Shown: positions 23,683-36,924 of the stretch, piece by piece | Layout of the letters: each line of letters opens with the position of its first letter | Numbering within the stretch: position 1 is the first letter of the stretch | DNA from: Haplodiscus bocki | Lineage: Eukaryota | Assembly (NCBI GenBank): GCA_965655095.1 | Contig: OZ296650.1 | Location: 134,230,001 to 134,294,000 of the forward strand | DNA: 64,000 nt | Reading direction: 5' to 3' | The notes under the pieces: model-generated | What the model was told of the DNA's origin: nothing | Databases searched by the model: none | What the model saw: only the letters and a program-made list of their open reading frames with translations | Made by a program: the position numbers and the translations under genes

Positions 23683-25002
23683 AAGAACCGAAAACAGAAG
23701 GACAATGTATTATCGAAGCAGACAAACGAACGAAACATACTTTATAGTGTTTACTTAGCAATTCGAAAAACCGACGAATTCTCCATAACCTACTTTCCTT
23801 AATGTCATCTGCTTATTAGACAAAACAGTAAGTGAGCCAAAATTTCGCATCTGTTCCACACCTACAGACCCGTCATTACGGTCCAAAATCAAAATTGTAC
23901 TCTGAGGAAAGGAAACTTTAGGTGAAATTCAAATGCCATATACCCGAATAATGAAAAAATTACTCAAGCAACCCGAGATGCACGAAAAAAGGGCCCGTCT
24001 TCAATCGCTGCAAAAAAGTACATGGTGGTGAAAAACTTCAACTCACAAAAAGTAACCATAATGAAATTGCTTCTCATTCAATAACTGTTAGAGCGTTTGA
24101 TGACTGGAAAGAACAAGTGTTTACAGAGTCCGTAACAAGGAATATGGAATTGGTTTGAAAGGTGCCGCGCAACCAAAGAACTCCACTGCTATGTCATGTT
24201 TAAAGGCCAGTTTGTAGAACAGGGTTGCTGGAAAACCAACTCATATGAGTTAATCTAGCAAACAACATTCTAATTGAGAAATCGCAACCAGCCGATCAAA
24301 ACATACAACATAAACTGCCACCGTCGGGTAAAAAACATTAAATCATTATATGAGTCAGAATTGTCATCTGAAACAGCTCACAATCAGTGAGATACTCAGA
24401 AAACATAAACAACACTGTCACACTGTACAAAACTCTTCAAATTGTCTTCCACTTAACATTTATTCACTAATTTTTTGCATTGGTCACCGAACGAAAAATT
24501 GAACCCCTATACTGACTGAAATATTGAAATAATCTCTCGAAAACACCAAAAGAGCTCCTTCAGTGTTAATTTTAGACACACGTGGAAACAAATCGTTGCA
24601 GCAAAAGATTGTATGAAATTTTCAATTACCGTGTGATATAATTATATACGTTTTCCCACAAAGTATCATAGCATAAAAGTTCAATCAGGAGTCTAAAAAA
24701 GTTACGCTGTGAGTCCAATGAAAAAGTTAATGAAAAATGAAAAAGAAATCCCGTTACAAAATTAATCTGATAACAATTACAACACGTCCACTTTTTCAAA
24801 GGTTGGCTCAAAAGTAGCAACAAACAATAGGAAACATTAAAATCAATCAACATGATTGGCTACAAAAAATATCTGCTGAAAAGTTGCTTTCACACAAACC
24901 AATGGTTCACGAATACATTGAAATACAAACGGTTTTTTCGATGGCAGCTTTACAAAACCTTAAACCCTTGAAGACAATTACATATCAGCAATCGAATAAA
25001 CA

Positions 25003-28000
25003 CTAAAAGTTTTGCATGAATTCACAGTCCAGGGCTGTCTCGATGCCAGTAACTTTATACAAATCCATACGAACATGACATTCTGACAAGTAATCTGCAA
25101 GCGTTAGCATCACATTCGAATAATTCCGATTAAGCATTGCTCTTTGCCAATCCTGTTCAAAAGAGTAACGGCTTCGTGAAACGGCGTTGGAAAAGCCCGT
25201 CACGTAGGCAACTAGAGCCCAGGGTCTTCTTTCAACAGGCTTTGTCAATGCACTCCCAATTCCCGAATTATGCTCCTGCAATCGCCGCCGCAACTTCTTA
25301 CAGCTTCCGATATAAAAAATTCCCTGTGTTTAACAGTCACCAACAAATAACAGAAACCAATTGCCGAAAGGAGTACATCAAAAAAACGTAAGGGAAACGG
25401 ATAAAATGTTTGGGTCGTTGAAACACTGGAATTACGCCTGCCACGAGACGACAAAAAGTTATCTATCAAAGGTACCAAATGGCTATCTTTGCGGCAAAGA
25501 AGATTAATTGCATCAAGTGTCCGCTGCTTGTCACCGACATACGTTATGTGGGAAAGATCAGTGACCCGACTAACAACTACATAAAGCTGCTCTTTCAGCC
25601 AGTAGGAGAATTTTTTACAACCAACAATCTGTGTTGCCAAGTTTGGAACAGTGTCACCCATTACTTTGTGAACTGTTGAAGCCACATACATTTTCAAAGG
25701 AAATTGAACACGTCTGCAAACGGTGGAATTGCTATACTTATGGAGAACGCCAATTCTTTTACGAACAACTACAAGCCTCCAGGAATTAACGTCCGGGTTA
25801 TTAGATGACACAGACCTTACTCCGGCTGGTGCAACTCTAACAACAATATGAGGATCAAATTCATCGATCGACTCTACTAAACACAATTGTCCCTGGAACA
25901 GTTTCACCGATGGCAAATTGCAAGTTAAGCGCAATACACACCCAACATGAATAAACAAAGACTCTGGCTCTAGGCAACTTCTGTTGCGAAACTTCGTCAT
26001 GGGTGCTGATGCGGTAACCCAATTCTGAGTTCCTGTATTTGACATTTCATCCTTACATTGGAAAGACACACTCTGTATGTTTTGATGTGTTGTTACAAAA
26101 GATATTCTTTCTTCCACGGCCTCTTTTTCCGCAACTCTAGTACTGAACACTCTCAAACTATCCAGAGGGACTACAGACCAAGTGCTTACAAAATTACAGA
26201 ATTTCTCAATTATTTCACAACACTCTTTAGCACATGCTTCTGTCACAGGATATTGAGACAGCAAGTCCAGAACTCTCTTTCCTTGTTGGTTCTGCATCCT
26301 CACATAGTGCTTCAAATACCGAACCTCGAAATTAGCTAACACCGAGTTGCTCAGCAAAAGGAATGTTCCCGTAGGAGGCGGAAGTTGACGAAAATCACCT
26401 GTGCAAATAACAATCTTTCCTCCAAAAGGAACATTGTTTTCAGACACGGCTTGCAACACATTGTCCATTGCGGACCAAAGTTCAGCTGAAATCAATGAGA
26501 CTTCCTCGACAAAAAAAACATCCAAACTCTCCAAAAAAGTAAATTTTACAGGATCACGAGCAAGACTGTTCAATGCATGCGAAACTAGATGACTCACCGT
26601 TTCATTTTGAACGACGGGAAAAGGGATTAAAGCGTTTATGTGTCTTCCGCCGAAAACTGAAGCTCTCTCCGCAGCGACACTGGTTATGACGCATCTCAAT
26701 CCTCTAGCTAGAGCCGCAATCACACAATGAATTAGCACATGGCTTTTTCCTGTGCCTGGTGGACCAACTATGAACTGATGTTTAATAAAAGCGGTCGTAC
26801 AAGAAGAATAATTATCGTACAAAGAACAAACGTAATCCAAAATCTTCTGTTGATCATGCAATGATTCGTCAGTCTGATTGCGCGCTTTATGTATCTTCTG
26901 GCTCCAAGTGAAAGGACGTGCTAAGGTAGCGTTCATCAATTGTGCATACGTTGGTAAACCAACATAACCCCCATTGACAACTGCACACAAAAGACTCTCT
27001 TTTTGCGCACTTAATTCGTCTGAAATGTTGCTGTCACTCTGCTCCACAATACTCTGTTCTAAAACGCGCGGTTTTGAGCACGGGAAAACGACTGAAATAT
27101 TTTGTGCTGCTTCCTGGATGCACAAATAGGCACTGGTAACAACTCGATCTAGTAAAGTTGATGATCCTGGGTAAAAGCGTAGTTGTTCAAGCACAAAGCG
27201 CCGAACAACATCACTAATCTCGGAATCTTCGCATCCCAAAGGAGACCTCGCCAAAGAAGCCTCAAAGAACGCAGATTTCAAATCCGATTGCGAAAAAATG
27301 TCAAGTTCGGTTACGTATTCTCCAAGAGACAACAGAATGTGGGTCAAAAAATTGGTTGTGTTCCTCGGAACAACGTTCGACAAAACAACTTGAGTTTGAC
27401 AAGCCTTTTTCTCATAAATGAACTTGTGACTTGAACTGCTCGTTGTACATGCAATGGCTTCACGACATTGCGTGGAAAAACGAGGGACCCCACTAGAAAA
27501 GTTGTTACAGTAGCTGAAAAAAGCCTCTTTGTACAAGGAATTAAGGTTATGCAATAGCCGAGGCCATCCACCCAACAGGATTTAGTTACATTTTTCTTTA
27601 GTAAACTTTCTGGTGTCACTTTTAAGGGCTTTCGGAAGCGGCAGAACCAAGTGAAAAACTTTTCCACTTTGAGCACAGAAGTTAGTTCGGGGGGACGTAC
27701 ACCAAAAACTGTTATCTTGTCTGGAGAAAGAGAACTTTTTTCTGCATCAATTATCAGCAGCTTCTGATTATCCGTGAAGCAACGGTGAGGAGGAAAGCCC
27801 TTGCTGTGTCTAATAGCACTCTGCCGCCCAAAAAGAGGACCTTGATTGCTATTAGAAAGTCTGCATTTCGGTTCAATAACTATTCCAGCCCGTTTCTCTC
27901 GCGGGCCAGTGACAACGTGAATGAATTGAATATTGGTCACTACGTAAGGAATTTGCAATGACCACCATACAGATTCCGTTAAACACAAAATGCGAGAGTT

Positions 28001-31000
28001 AAAACACTTTTTATTCGGTTCTCTTTCCTTGTTCATATTGGTGAAGTACACCCCGGCAATTTTGTTGTTCACTTGTTGATGAACATGGAAATCATACAAA
28101 TGTGTTCCACTTGACGTAGAAATAGAAACTTCGGTGCGTTCCTCCACGCCTGCAACATATTTTGACAAATAACGGCTACTCATGTAAATGTCGCAAATTT
28201 GTAGATTGGTGCTAGATCGGACGAGGGCAAAAATTTTGGCGTTTGTTGGAGAAGTGTGCGTGTTACTTTCTGTTGGATAATGATGCTTGCCACCACAAAG
28301 ACGCTGATCAAGGGTGACAGAACAATCAACATCACTCGACTCAGCTAATCCGATCTTCTTCAAAACTGCGATCGTTTCCTCAGACAATTCCTTGTGAATA
28401 CATTTGTAGGTAAAACTAGCACAAGGAGGGTATTTGGGCACTCGGCAAGTTTTTTTTTCAATTTGTCAGTTTTTTTCTGACAACGAAATTTAGCTTTAAA
28501 ACGGCTGTGTGATTGGTAACCGTTAAACAAATCTCGTAACTCGGTCAAGTCATCCAAACTATAATGGTGCAAACCAACTTCAGTCACTAAGTTCCCCAGA
28601 AAAGTTGTTGCCGAGCAACAAACTCTAGACCTTACTGCTTCACTAAAGCAATCTTCTGCCGTCCAAATCAAGGCATGTACATGAGGGAACCCACTGGCTT
28701 CATCTTGAAACTCATATCGATACCAAATCTTACAAACTTTTCCCAGTGGCTGCTCGGGTGACGTTTCAATGTATTTCATGACAAGACGAGAAGTTCGCTC
28801 CCATGCTCTGAACATTGTGACCATTTCAGATTGTATCGCTGATTTTCGGTCTTCCTCTTTACATCCAGCGCCTCAAAGTCTTTCGGAAACTTTGCATCCA
28901 GCGCACTGAAAATTTTTCTCAAGCCAGGATGCGTCGACTGCCCACAACTGTAACTGAAAAAATATGTAGCTGGCCGATCTTCAAAGCTGCTCCCAGTTCG
29001 TTAACATTTTTCCGAGAATCACATTTATCGAAAAAAATTGCACCTTCTCGCATGGCATGAACATTCTTTCTTTGCCGAGCCGCTTCACTCCAACCTCTGT
29101 TCAAAACAATTCTGGTGTCATTGACACGCAGCTGTAGGTTAAATATTGTGTCAAATACGTATTGGACGTAACCAGGATCTGATGACGTCAACAGAGACGA
29201 ATCTTTCAAGCGCGTTTGTAAATGTTGTTCTAAACTTGCGAAACCGAGCAATTCGTTTTGCTTCTGATCATTATACAAAGGAGAAGGTATTGCACCAGAA
29301 TAACTGCCGTCTGCGTTTTGGTGCCAAAAGATGGACGGAAACAACATGGCTTCCGGCTGAAGCAAAGGGACAGAGTTAGGGGGCGACGTCGCGGTGATAT
29401 TCTCCAAAAATCTTTTGTGTCTAGCTGCAACATACAACGGAGACCCTTTACTCCTTTTCAGTAAACCGCATTGGCCATTCAATAAAACATGTAGCGGGAG
29501 CTGAAAATCAGTGCTGTCTATTCGGAAATCACGTTCCAAAACAACAGTTGAATCTCCAGCTGCAGTTGTAACAGGCAGCGAAACATGCGATCCCTCAGAC
29601 TCTTCCTCTAAAATCCCAGGGTTGGTAACAAATTCCGAGGATGCGACCGTGTTGGTAGGCGATGTGGACCGGTTTTGTGAAGAGACAGAAACACGACTAT
29701 GGCCACAATCATCTAATTGACTTGAATCGCACGCTGAGCTTTTTGTGGACTCACCAAAGATCCTTTTCTTACCATCAAATACAAACTTCTTTTCCTGACT
29801 TTCATCTTTAGAATGCATTCTGCAAACACTTGCCGAACAACCAGACACTAGGCAACGTAAAAAAGAACTTCTGCCACATGAGCATTTGAAACCACTGGAA
29901 GGAAAGTCACGGGTAAGTAACAGAGAATGGTTCTTACAAAAGAATTTTCCTTGACCTGCCAGTGTTTCAAAATACTTTGACCGCATCTCACTAACATCGG
30001 CAGACGTCTGCCGATAGTAAACACAGATATTCCAGTAGTCATTTATAAAGTGATCAACCGCTGTATCACAAGGCAGCCTCACCTGTTCAGGGAAAATACT
30101 TTTGCTTTTATACACCCAAAAACTTTGAAAAACACCAACATGCCTCAAAAGAATGTTACTACGAGTCGCTAAACCTTCAGTAGCAATAAACTTCAACTCG
30201 AAAACGGAATGATTAGTTTGAAAATTAAGAGGAGCTTTGAATTTAGAACGCAAAGTATTTACTCCAGCGTATGAAAAAAGTATGACATTTACTCCATCAA
30301 AATCCTGAGTTTCCAAAAAATGCATAATATCTTGACGGCTTGCTACGTTTTCATGAATGACATTGTCACAAAATTGTGAGACACCGAAACTGAGGCAACG
30401 AGATGGACTTTCCGGAAATCTTGTAAACAACTGCGATAGTTCATCACTCATGGAAGCATCGACAGTTTTTCTTTTGCAGCGACTGAAACTCGGAAAAACT
30501 ACAGGGTCCAAAAAATGCAGCAAAGGAAACATCGCATTATCAACAGCAGCTGCATCAGATATACATCGACACAGTTGAGGAGAAATGCAGAATAAAGTTT
30601 GCAGCAACGACAAAAAGTAAGTCTTGGAGCTCAAAATGTTTGGAGGAGAGGAACCAAAAGAATTCGGAGGCTGAGCGAACGTCACAGACTTGAATTTTGA
30701 GCACAAGCGTTGTCCGTCAGTCAACCCAGGAAAAATGAATAAACGATACGTATCCGTTATAGACACACTTGTTGATGCGGAAAGACAAACAGCCGATTGT
30801 TCAATGTTGGGTTTACTTTGAATGCCTTGTCGGATTTCATCAGTTATTTCGCCAGAGGACACTAAGTTATTCAAAAAATACTGAATATCCCTTCGGTAAA
30901 AACTACATTGAGATTCCACCTTCACTAACAGATCCGAAGTAACATCCCAACGGCGTTTAGAACTCAAGCGAATGCTGCTAATTCCTGAAAAAATTCCCAC

Positions 31001-33346
31001 AGCTTTCAACAACTGGAAAGTGTGGCTAGCGTAATTCGCTTTGGCATTCTTCAAAGTACGCAAATTTGGAGCAACAAATGCTAATCTGTCGTTGGTAGGA
31101 ACACTGAGCCGTCCTAGAGACGGGTGCGCAGGCGGGTGAAGATATTGCAGCTGAGACCCATTGTTATGACTGACACAAGTTCCTACAACAAGGCCATATG
31201 CCTCATGCACACTGACAAAGCCGGAAACATCAAACGCATCCAAGACTTTCATTGGTTTCAAGCAATCGTCTCTTGCACCTCGCAAATGGTTCAAGTAATC
31301 AGAGTTGAACGATGTGAAAGAAGGCAAAAATCCATTTAGAAGGTGGTTGAAACCGATTTGACCGGTTTCTTCAACAAATGTGAAACAACCGAAGGGACAT
31401 CTACAATTTGGATAACATTCACTATCTAAGGCTTCCTCCAAATCAGTGAAAACACCCGAATTTATTTTGTTCAGAAAAACTTGCTTCCGTTTTGTTATAT
31501 CAACTAGAACAGCTCGATCAGCCATAGAAACAGCAGGATGCAAATGTTGACACATAGCCCAGCTGTCGCGTATTTCGGGAGGTAAAAAAGAAACAAGTTT
31601 TTTCATAGTACAATCTCGAATGCTGAGATCTTTCAGTAACGAATGAATAACGGAAGGCCAAGCATACCGCCAAAAATTTCCGTCGTTATTGTAATTGAAA
31701 CAATTCTGGCAGACAAAACAGGTACCAGTAGGTCGCAAACCAAATCTCCTTCGTTTCATTGCTTTCTTTTCAAGAATTTGCCATTGCAAAGGATACGCAG
31801 CAGTTGAAATTCGACAACATTTACCGCACATTTCTCTACTTTGTGCTTTGTCGCTTGAAAAAGAGGACTTGAAAACACAATAGTTACTCGAGGCATCCAC
31901 CTGACGACATGCCTTATCTTTCTCCACTATCATTGTGGCTGTTTCATTGTGTGCGGATTGCGTGGATTGAATCTCCTGAGGCAGGGAATTGAAGCAAACG
32001 CCTGAAATGAAAGGATCATAATTAGTACCAATTTTTTCACAATCAAATTTCGCTCCACTGAAAGAATTGTTGCCGGGCAACAAAAGGTCGTTGTGCATAC
32101 CGCCGAATCCAACAGAGGATGATGTGAGGCCTTCATCGCTCAAAAGAGGCAAAACCTTAACCTCACAACACGCAGTACATTTTGACGAACAAGTGTTCTT
32201 TTGAAATGATGTGGAAACCAGATTTTTTTGTAAGGTCGTTTCTCTCAATGAACTCTGGAGGCAACCATCAGGCAATATTTGCTGAGAAATTGGAATTTCT
32301 GCAGACAACACTGCTACCGTTTCAAAATGATTACCTGCGTGAGTATGTACCAAGAACACAGATGAAACGTCCATTGAAGCACGATCTCCGGCATAGCTAT
32401 AGACTATCCACAATTTTGTCATGCAATGGTAAACGTAAACATCAACCACCGCAATTTGGGCGAAGCCATAGATCTCTAAACAAGTGCCATACACACCACT
32501 CGATCGCATTCCGGAACGATTCAAATATTCGTTCACGTTTGAAGCTGTCTGTACCACAACATTTCCATCAATGGTTGTGTAAATTTCCAAAAAATGCGGA
32601 GCAATATCTAGCAAAGGTAAGGCCGAACAAATACGCTGGCGTAACTTTGAATGATACCAAGTTTGTGAACCAATTGACACGGCTAAAGCAGAGAACAAAC
32701 AATTACCGTCACCTGGAACAGGATGAGTTTGTGATGGAAGCAAACTGTTCAAAGAATTGGCACCCAACAAATGCGTGTTCAATGGTTTCCCCACAAACGG
32801 TACTCCAAGCTCAATGCAAACTCTCGTCAAATTAGCGTTTGTGCAAAAAAAAGCTGTTGAATTCGGCACGTTTGAGAAAAGACTCATAGTATTGAATGGT
32901 GCAGAAGACAGCGACCGATCAAAAAAGTCTTCACCAACTGATGCTCTCTCCATTGATGATTGGAAACAGGAGCAGTCTTTGCTGCCATAAAAACGCCCAC
33001 ACGTTACGCACTTCCTGGGCTCTCTGCAGAATTTCTTTTTTTTTGGCGGGCCAGGGTTGGTTTCTATACCACTTCTCAACAGAAACAAAAGTAACATTCT
33101 GCGAGTCATGGAAACCTCACGAGAATTGCCGACCCTCAAAAACTGCAACTGATCCTGAATTAACACAGAAACATAAAACTCCCCAAAGGTGACATCTGAG
33201 CTGAACACTTCCACAACATTGTTCACATAAACAGGTCCATCTTTTTCCAAAATTGTCAATAAAGAAGACCAAATCATAAACAAAGTTAAAAAAATTGAGT
33301 ACACCATTTTCTGAAAAAGAGATTTTTCAAGACTCTGTACAAACAC
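25003..33346 (-). pseudogene. RepHel polyprotein of C (2A-like, OTU, Rep, PIF1, GIY-YIG), several frameshifts
   Basis: ORFs 28919..33346, 28360..28824, 27344..28441, 25245..27575 and 25003..25293. Motifs GDGNCLF, FPHVHAL, YLSKY, GPPGTGKS and RRRLQEHN. First ATG at 33307. Confidence 0.9.
33047..33110 (-). other. 2A/StopGo-like peptide (RRMLLLFLLRSGIETNPG|P)
   Basis: G-I-E-x-NPGP preceded by a Leu-rich helix and followed by PKKKK. Confidence 0.65.
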
Positions 33347-34239
33347 TCAGTGGCGGCGCCTACATCAATGAAACTCATTCAAAGAAGAATTTGATAAAGC
33401 CACATGCGTTACACAAAAATATTCTGTACAGAGTAAAATAATGTTAGAGCAATTGAATTGAAAAAAGATTCACGGTGTTGAATAATTCAAGTTCAGCAAT
33501 TAAACTACTAATTTTCTCCTAACCGCCGTTTCGTTTTTAATGGCGAAGGTACCATGCATGAATAATTTCAGCAACACTTTGAGTTCTTGAAAAATTGATT
33601 ACTTAAATACGGTTCAAATCCAAAACAGAATGAGGACTGTTGGTGTTGTACACCAAACAAAGGAAACTCCTGAGTAAATGTAGTCTCAAGATAATCCTTG
33701 CAAAATGCAAAAGTGGTGCTTGTTGAACGCCAACCATAAATTGTCCAAACATTTAGCAATTACATAACACACTCCAACGTACAACGCCCAAAAGAGGTTG
33801 AAATCATGCAATGGAGACCTGAAAAGTTCGAACACTGGAGATTTCTACGAACAAACATAAAAACGAAAACGAAGGAACGTCAAATTTGGTCAGAACAATA
33901 ATACGATAAAAGCAAAATTTCTGGCAAACAATTCAAATTGAATGCACATATTCGTCAGAACTTTCATTTATTTTTCAAAATGCATGACACGCAATGGAAG
34001 TATTCATTGCATTCTACAACCAACAAAGAGCCCTAATCCATGATTTAAATTATGTATGACAATTTACTTGATGAGATGTAAAGGTAAGTTTAAAAAATGT
34101 AAGTTACATAAAAAACGCCTAACTAGTTTAAATTTGTGGTTAGCAGAAAAAACTATCTCATATGGGGTAAAATACGGTCAAAGTGTCAACATCCATCTGT
34201 GTGGGAGCTGTGTAACGTTGTTCGGCGCCTTTTACGCGC

Positions 34240-34681
34240 AAAAACGATCATTTCCTGAAAAATTATTTTTTATAGAAAAAAATTATCTGTCATTTCCGTC
34301 ATTTTTTTCCCGTCATATCCGTCATTTTTTTTCTCGTCATTTTGACCGAAAATTTTTGGCCAATCAAAGTCAATTGCCGGTTCAGTTTTGGCATCCTTAG
34401 CGAAGGATAGCTTACGGGAAAAAGTTGGTTTTGGCGATCAAAAATGACGGATTGACGCATTTTTAGCAAAAATCCGAAAATTCATCAGCGCCTATCTCCC
34501 ATACGAAAACAGCTGGGCCAAAAAGTTTTGGCATGCAAATTGTTCAAATCATTTGTGCCTCACACACAAAATTTGGGCCAATTGTATCGGGTAGATGTGG
34601 AAATAGAGCGATGAGAAGTCAAAATCGGGGCAGAAAACACGATCATTCCGTCATAACTCATCACGTTGTGAATGGAAAAAG
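34240..34681 (+). repeat. Truncated subterminal module of C
   Basis: Aligns with 47540-47986 up to ...gtgaatggaaaaag. Confidence 0.75.
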
Positions 34682-35329
34682 TGGATCGTCCGCTTCTTCT
34701 TCCACGTCCCTGGAAATGATGCGTGCGGCGACAGTCCACGACGAAACTGAATTCTTTTGTAAGCAAGCGCACACCGTGTCATTTCTGAGAACACGACGGT
34801 CGCACATAATTCCAGAACACGTAGGTGATATAATGTTTCCATGCAAAAACAACAAGTTTCTACTGTTCAGAGTGTAATGGAACATTGCTGGTGTGCTGGG
34901 TAAGGAACTAATTGGAATTGGCGGGAAATCTGCATTGGTTACGTTGTTGATAACAACGATCGCCCGATGAGTTTCAATAATCGGATTGTTTCGGTCATTC
35001 CCTAAACACGTGTTCGAATATATAGGCTCTGTAACCTCTACAACAGAACCAACAGTAAGATGACGATCCGAGAAAAGTTTAGCAGACTTCTGGGCGGAAG
35101 CTGAGATGACGACAAAACAATCTTTACTATTCCATTGACCAATAATAGCCATTCTGTCATATGTCCCTTCAGGAAGTGGGCGTTTCAATTTTGTAGCTTG
35201 AGGTCTAAACAACTGAAGTGGCCGATCACTCTTTTTCAGGACCAAAACTATCCCCCTTATTACAGTGTTTTGGCTGTTGCGCAGGAAACCCTCGCCTGTA
35301 ACTTCAGCAACAGTTACTTGTCTATTCAT
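34682..35329 (-). pseudogene. 3'-truncated OB-like gene of D
   Basis: Matches C's gene up to EEEADD, then reads into C's subterminal module and stops at 34661. Confidence 0.85.
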
Positions 35330-35990
35330 TTCTTAAAGAATGCAAATTGATATATTCCAAACAAGAAAGTACACGATAAAAAAGACATGTCAAGTTTTGC
35401 AGTCTGATTTATTTTAAACGAAAAAACTCCCTATGAAGAAAGAAAAATTTTTGAAGAAAGAAAACTTGAGAAAATCCGTTTCTTTTATCAAAGCCTAGCA
35501 ACTCTTCACTGCCGTCTATGGTACACTTTATGTGGAACGAACTGAATCTGCAGCCATTTACCGGGTGTGTCCTCAAAACAGTTTTCCACTCCAAGGCAAA
35601 AAATAGTCGCACACTGAAAACATATAAATTGAAACACAGATAGTACATTAAACTCGACTTCCTCTGAACTATTTCTATTTCCAAAAACAAAACAATTTTC
35701 AACAGATTCCAGTAAAAAAATCTGGATGCCAAAAGGCTATTAAAATTTGCTAAAAAAGCGTTCAGCTTCAAATAACATCATCAAAATTAGAATCGTACTT
35801 CAACTAAATCAAGGCAAGATCGCCAAATCATTTTTTAAAATCAAAAACCATATGGCAGCACAAGTGCAATTAAACAATAAAACCAAGTCACGACAGAAAT
35901 GACTGCAATACAAATGTTCACGCGGTGTTAAAACACCGACGGTCTTCCCAATCATCAAGTTATCTTCATCGAGTTCGCGGTAATTGATGC

Positions 35991-36924
35991 CTATGCCGAT
36001 TCGTGCAACCCACATCTGTTTCTTTTGACCTGCAAAAAACAGATACTCTTGAAAAATTTTGCAAAGGACTTGCTTGTTTTCACGATAAATCGTGAAAACA
36101 AGCAAGTGCTGTTATTGAAGCATGTCAAACTCTCCAGTTAACACTTCCAACTGCGGATTTGGTCTCCAAAAACTTTAAAATATTAACACTGAGTAAAGTG
36201 AAGATGTTATGCACGAAATTTGTATCTACTCAGTTGCTTCAGATGTTAAATGCATCAACGGAGTAATCACTAACGTTCCGCTTTGCTTTCAAAAAATTAT
36301 GGGAAAAATATATTGCTGCTTATCCTCCAAATTGTCAATAAAACAAAAACCAAAAGTCAAAACACTAACTTTATTTCGAAGATTATTGCGTCTATTCCGG
36401 CAGCGACGCAAGGTCAAGTCCTGCAAGCCATTGTTCAACAGCGCTCTAGATAGCATATGATTCTCTAGCACGCTATTCAGGTGCAGATCTTTACTTTCAT
36501 CTCGTAAAATTTTGTACCGTTTTGATAAAATTGATTTCATTTTCAAGAAAATAAATCCTGTTGGACAATTTTCCAAGAGCTCGTTTAAATTATGTGCTCC
36601 TGATCGTGGCAAATAGGAAAAGGCCACGACATTGAAGTTTCACAAGTAGGCCAGTTTACTGAAAAAAGCCTCAGGACTCATTGCCGGATTCTTCTTGCTT
36701 GACAAAGAGTTATTGACAGCATCATGCCAAATGATAACCTTTCTTCCATTCGTGATGCAGAAATTCGATTCAAGGAGATAACATATGTTTTTTTCTGGCT
36801 GGCAGCTATTCAACGAAGCACCCGAAATTGCATAAAATTGTGACTTGAAAGGATCAAAGAGGTGAGGTTTCTCCTGTGCTGCCCAATAAAGGGACGAGGC
36901 CGCCAAAACAAAATATTCAGACAT
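35991..36924 (-). pseudogene. SGNH-fold-like gene of D, in-frame TGA at 36640
   Basis: ORFs 36640..36924 and 36289..36627 match C's 23062..23682. The same inferred last exon is at 36029-35991. Confidence 0.7.

Larger units (their letters stand above)
19921..34681 (-). mobile_element. Helitron-like element C (cassette on -), right end deleted
   Basis: Carries OB-like, SGNH-like and RepHel genes on -. Collinear with D. Its subterminal module stops abruptly at ~34681. Confidence 0.85.
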
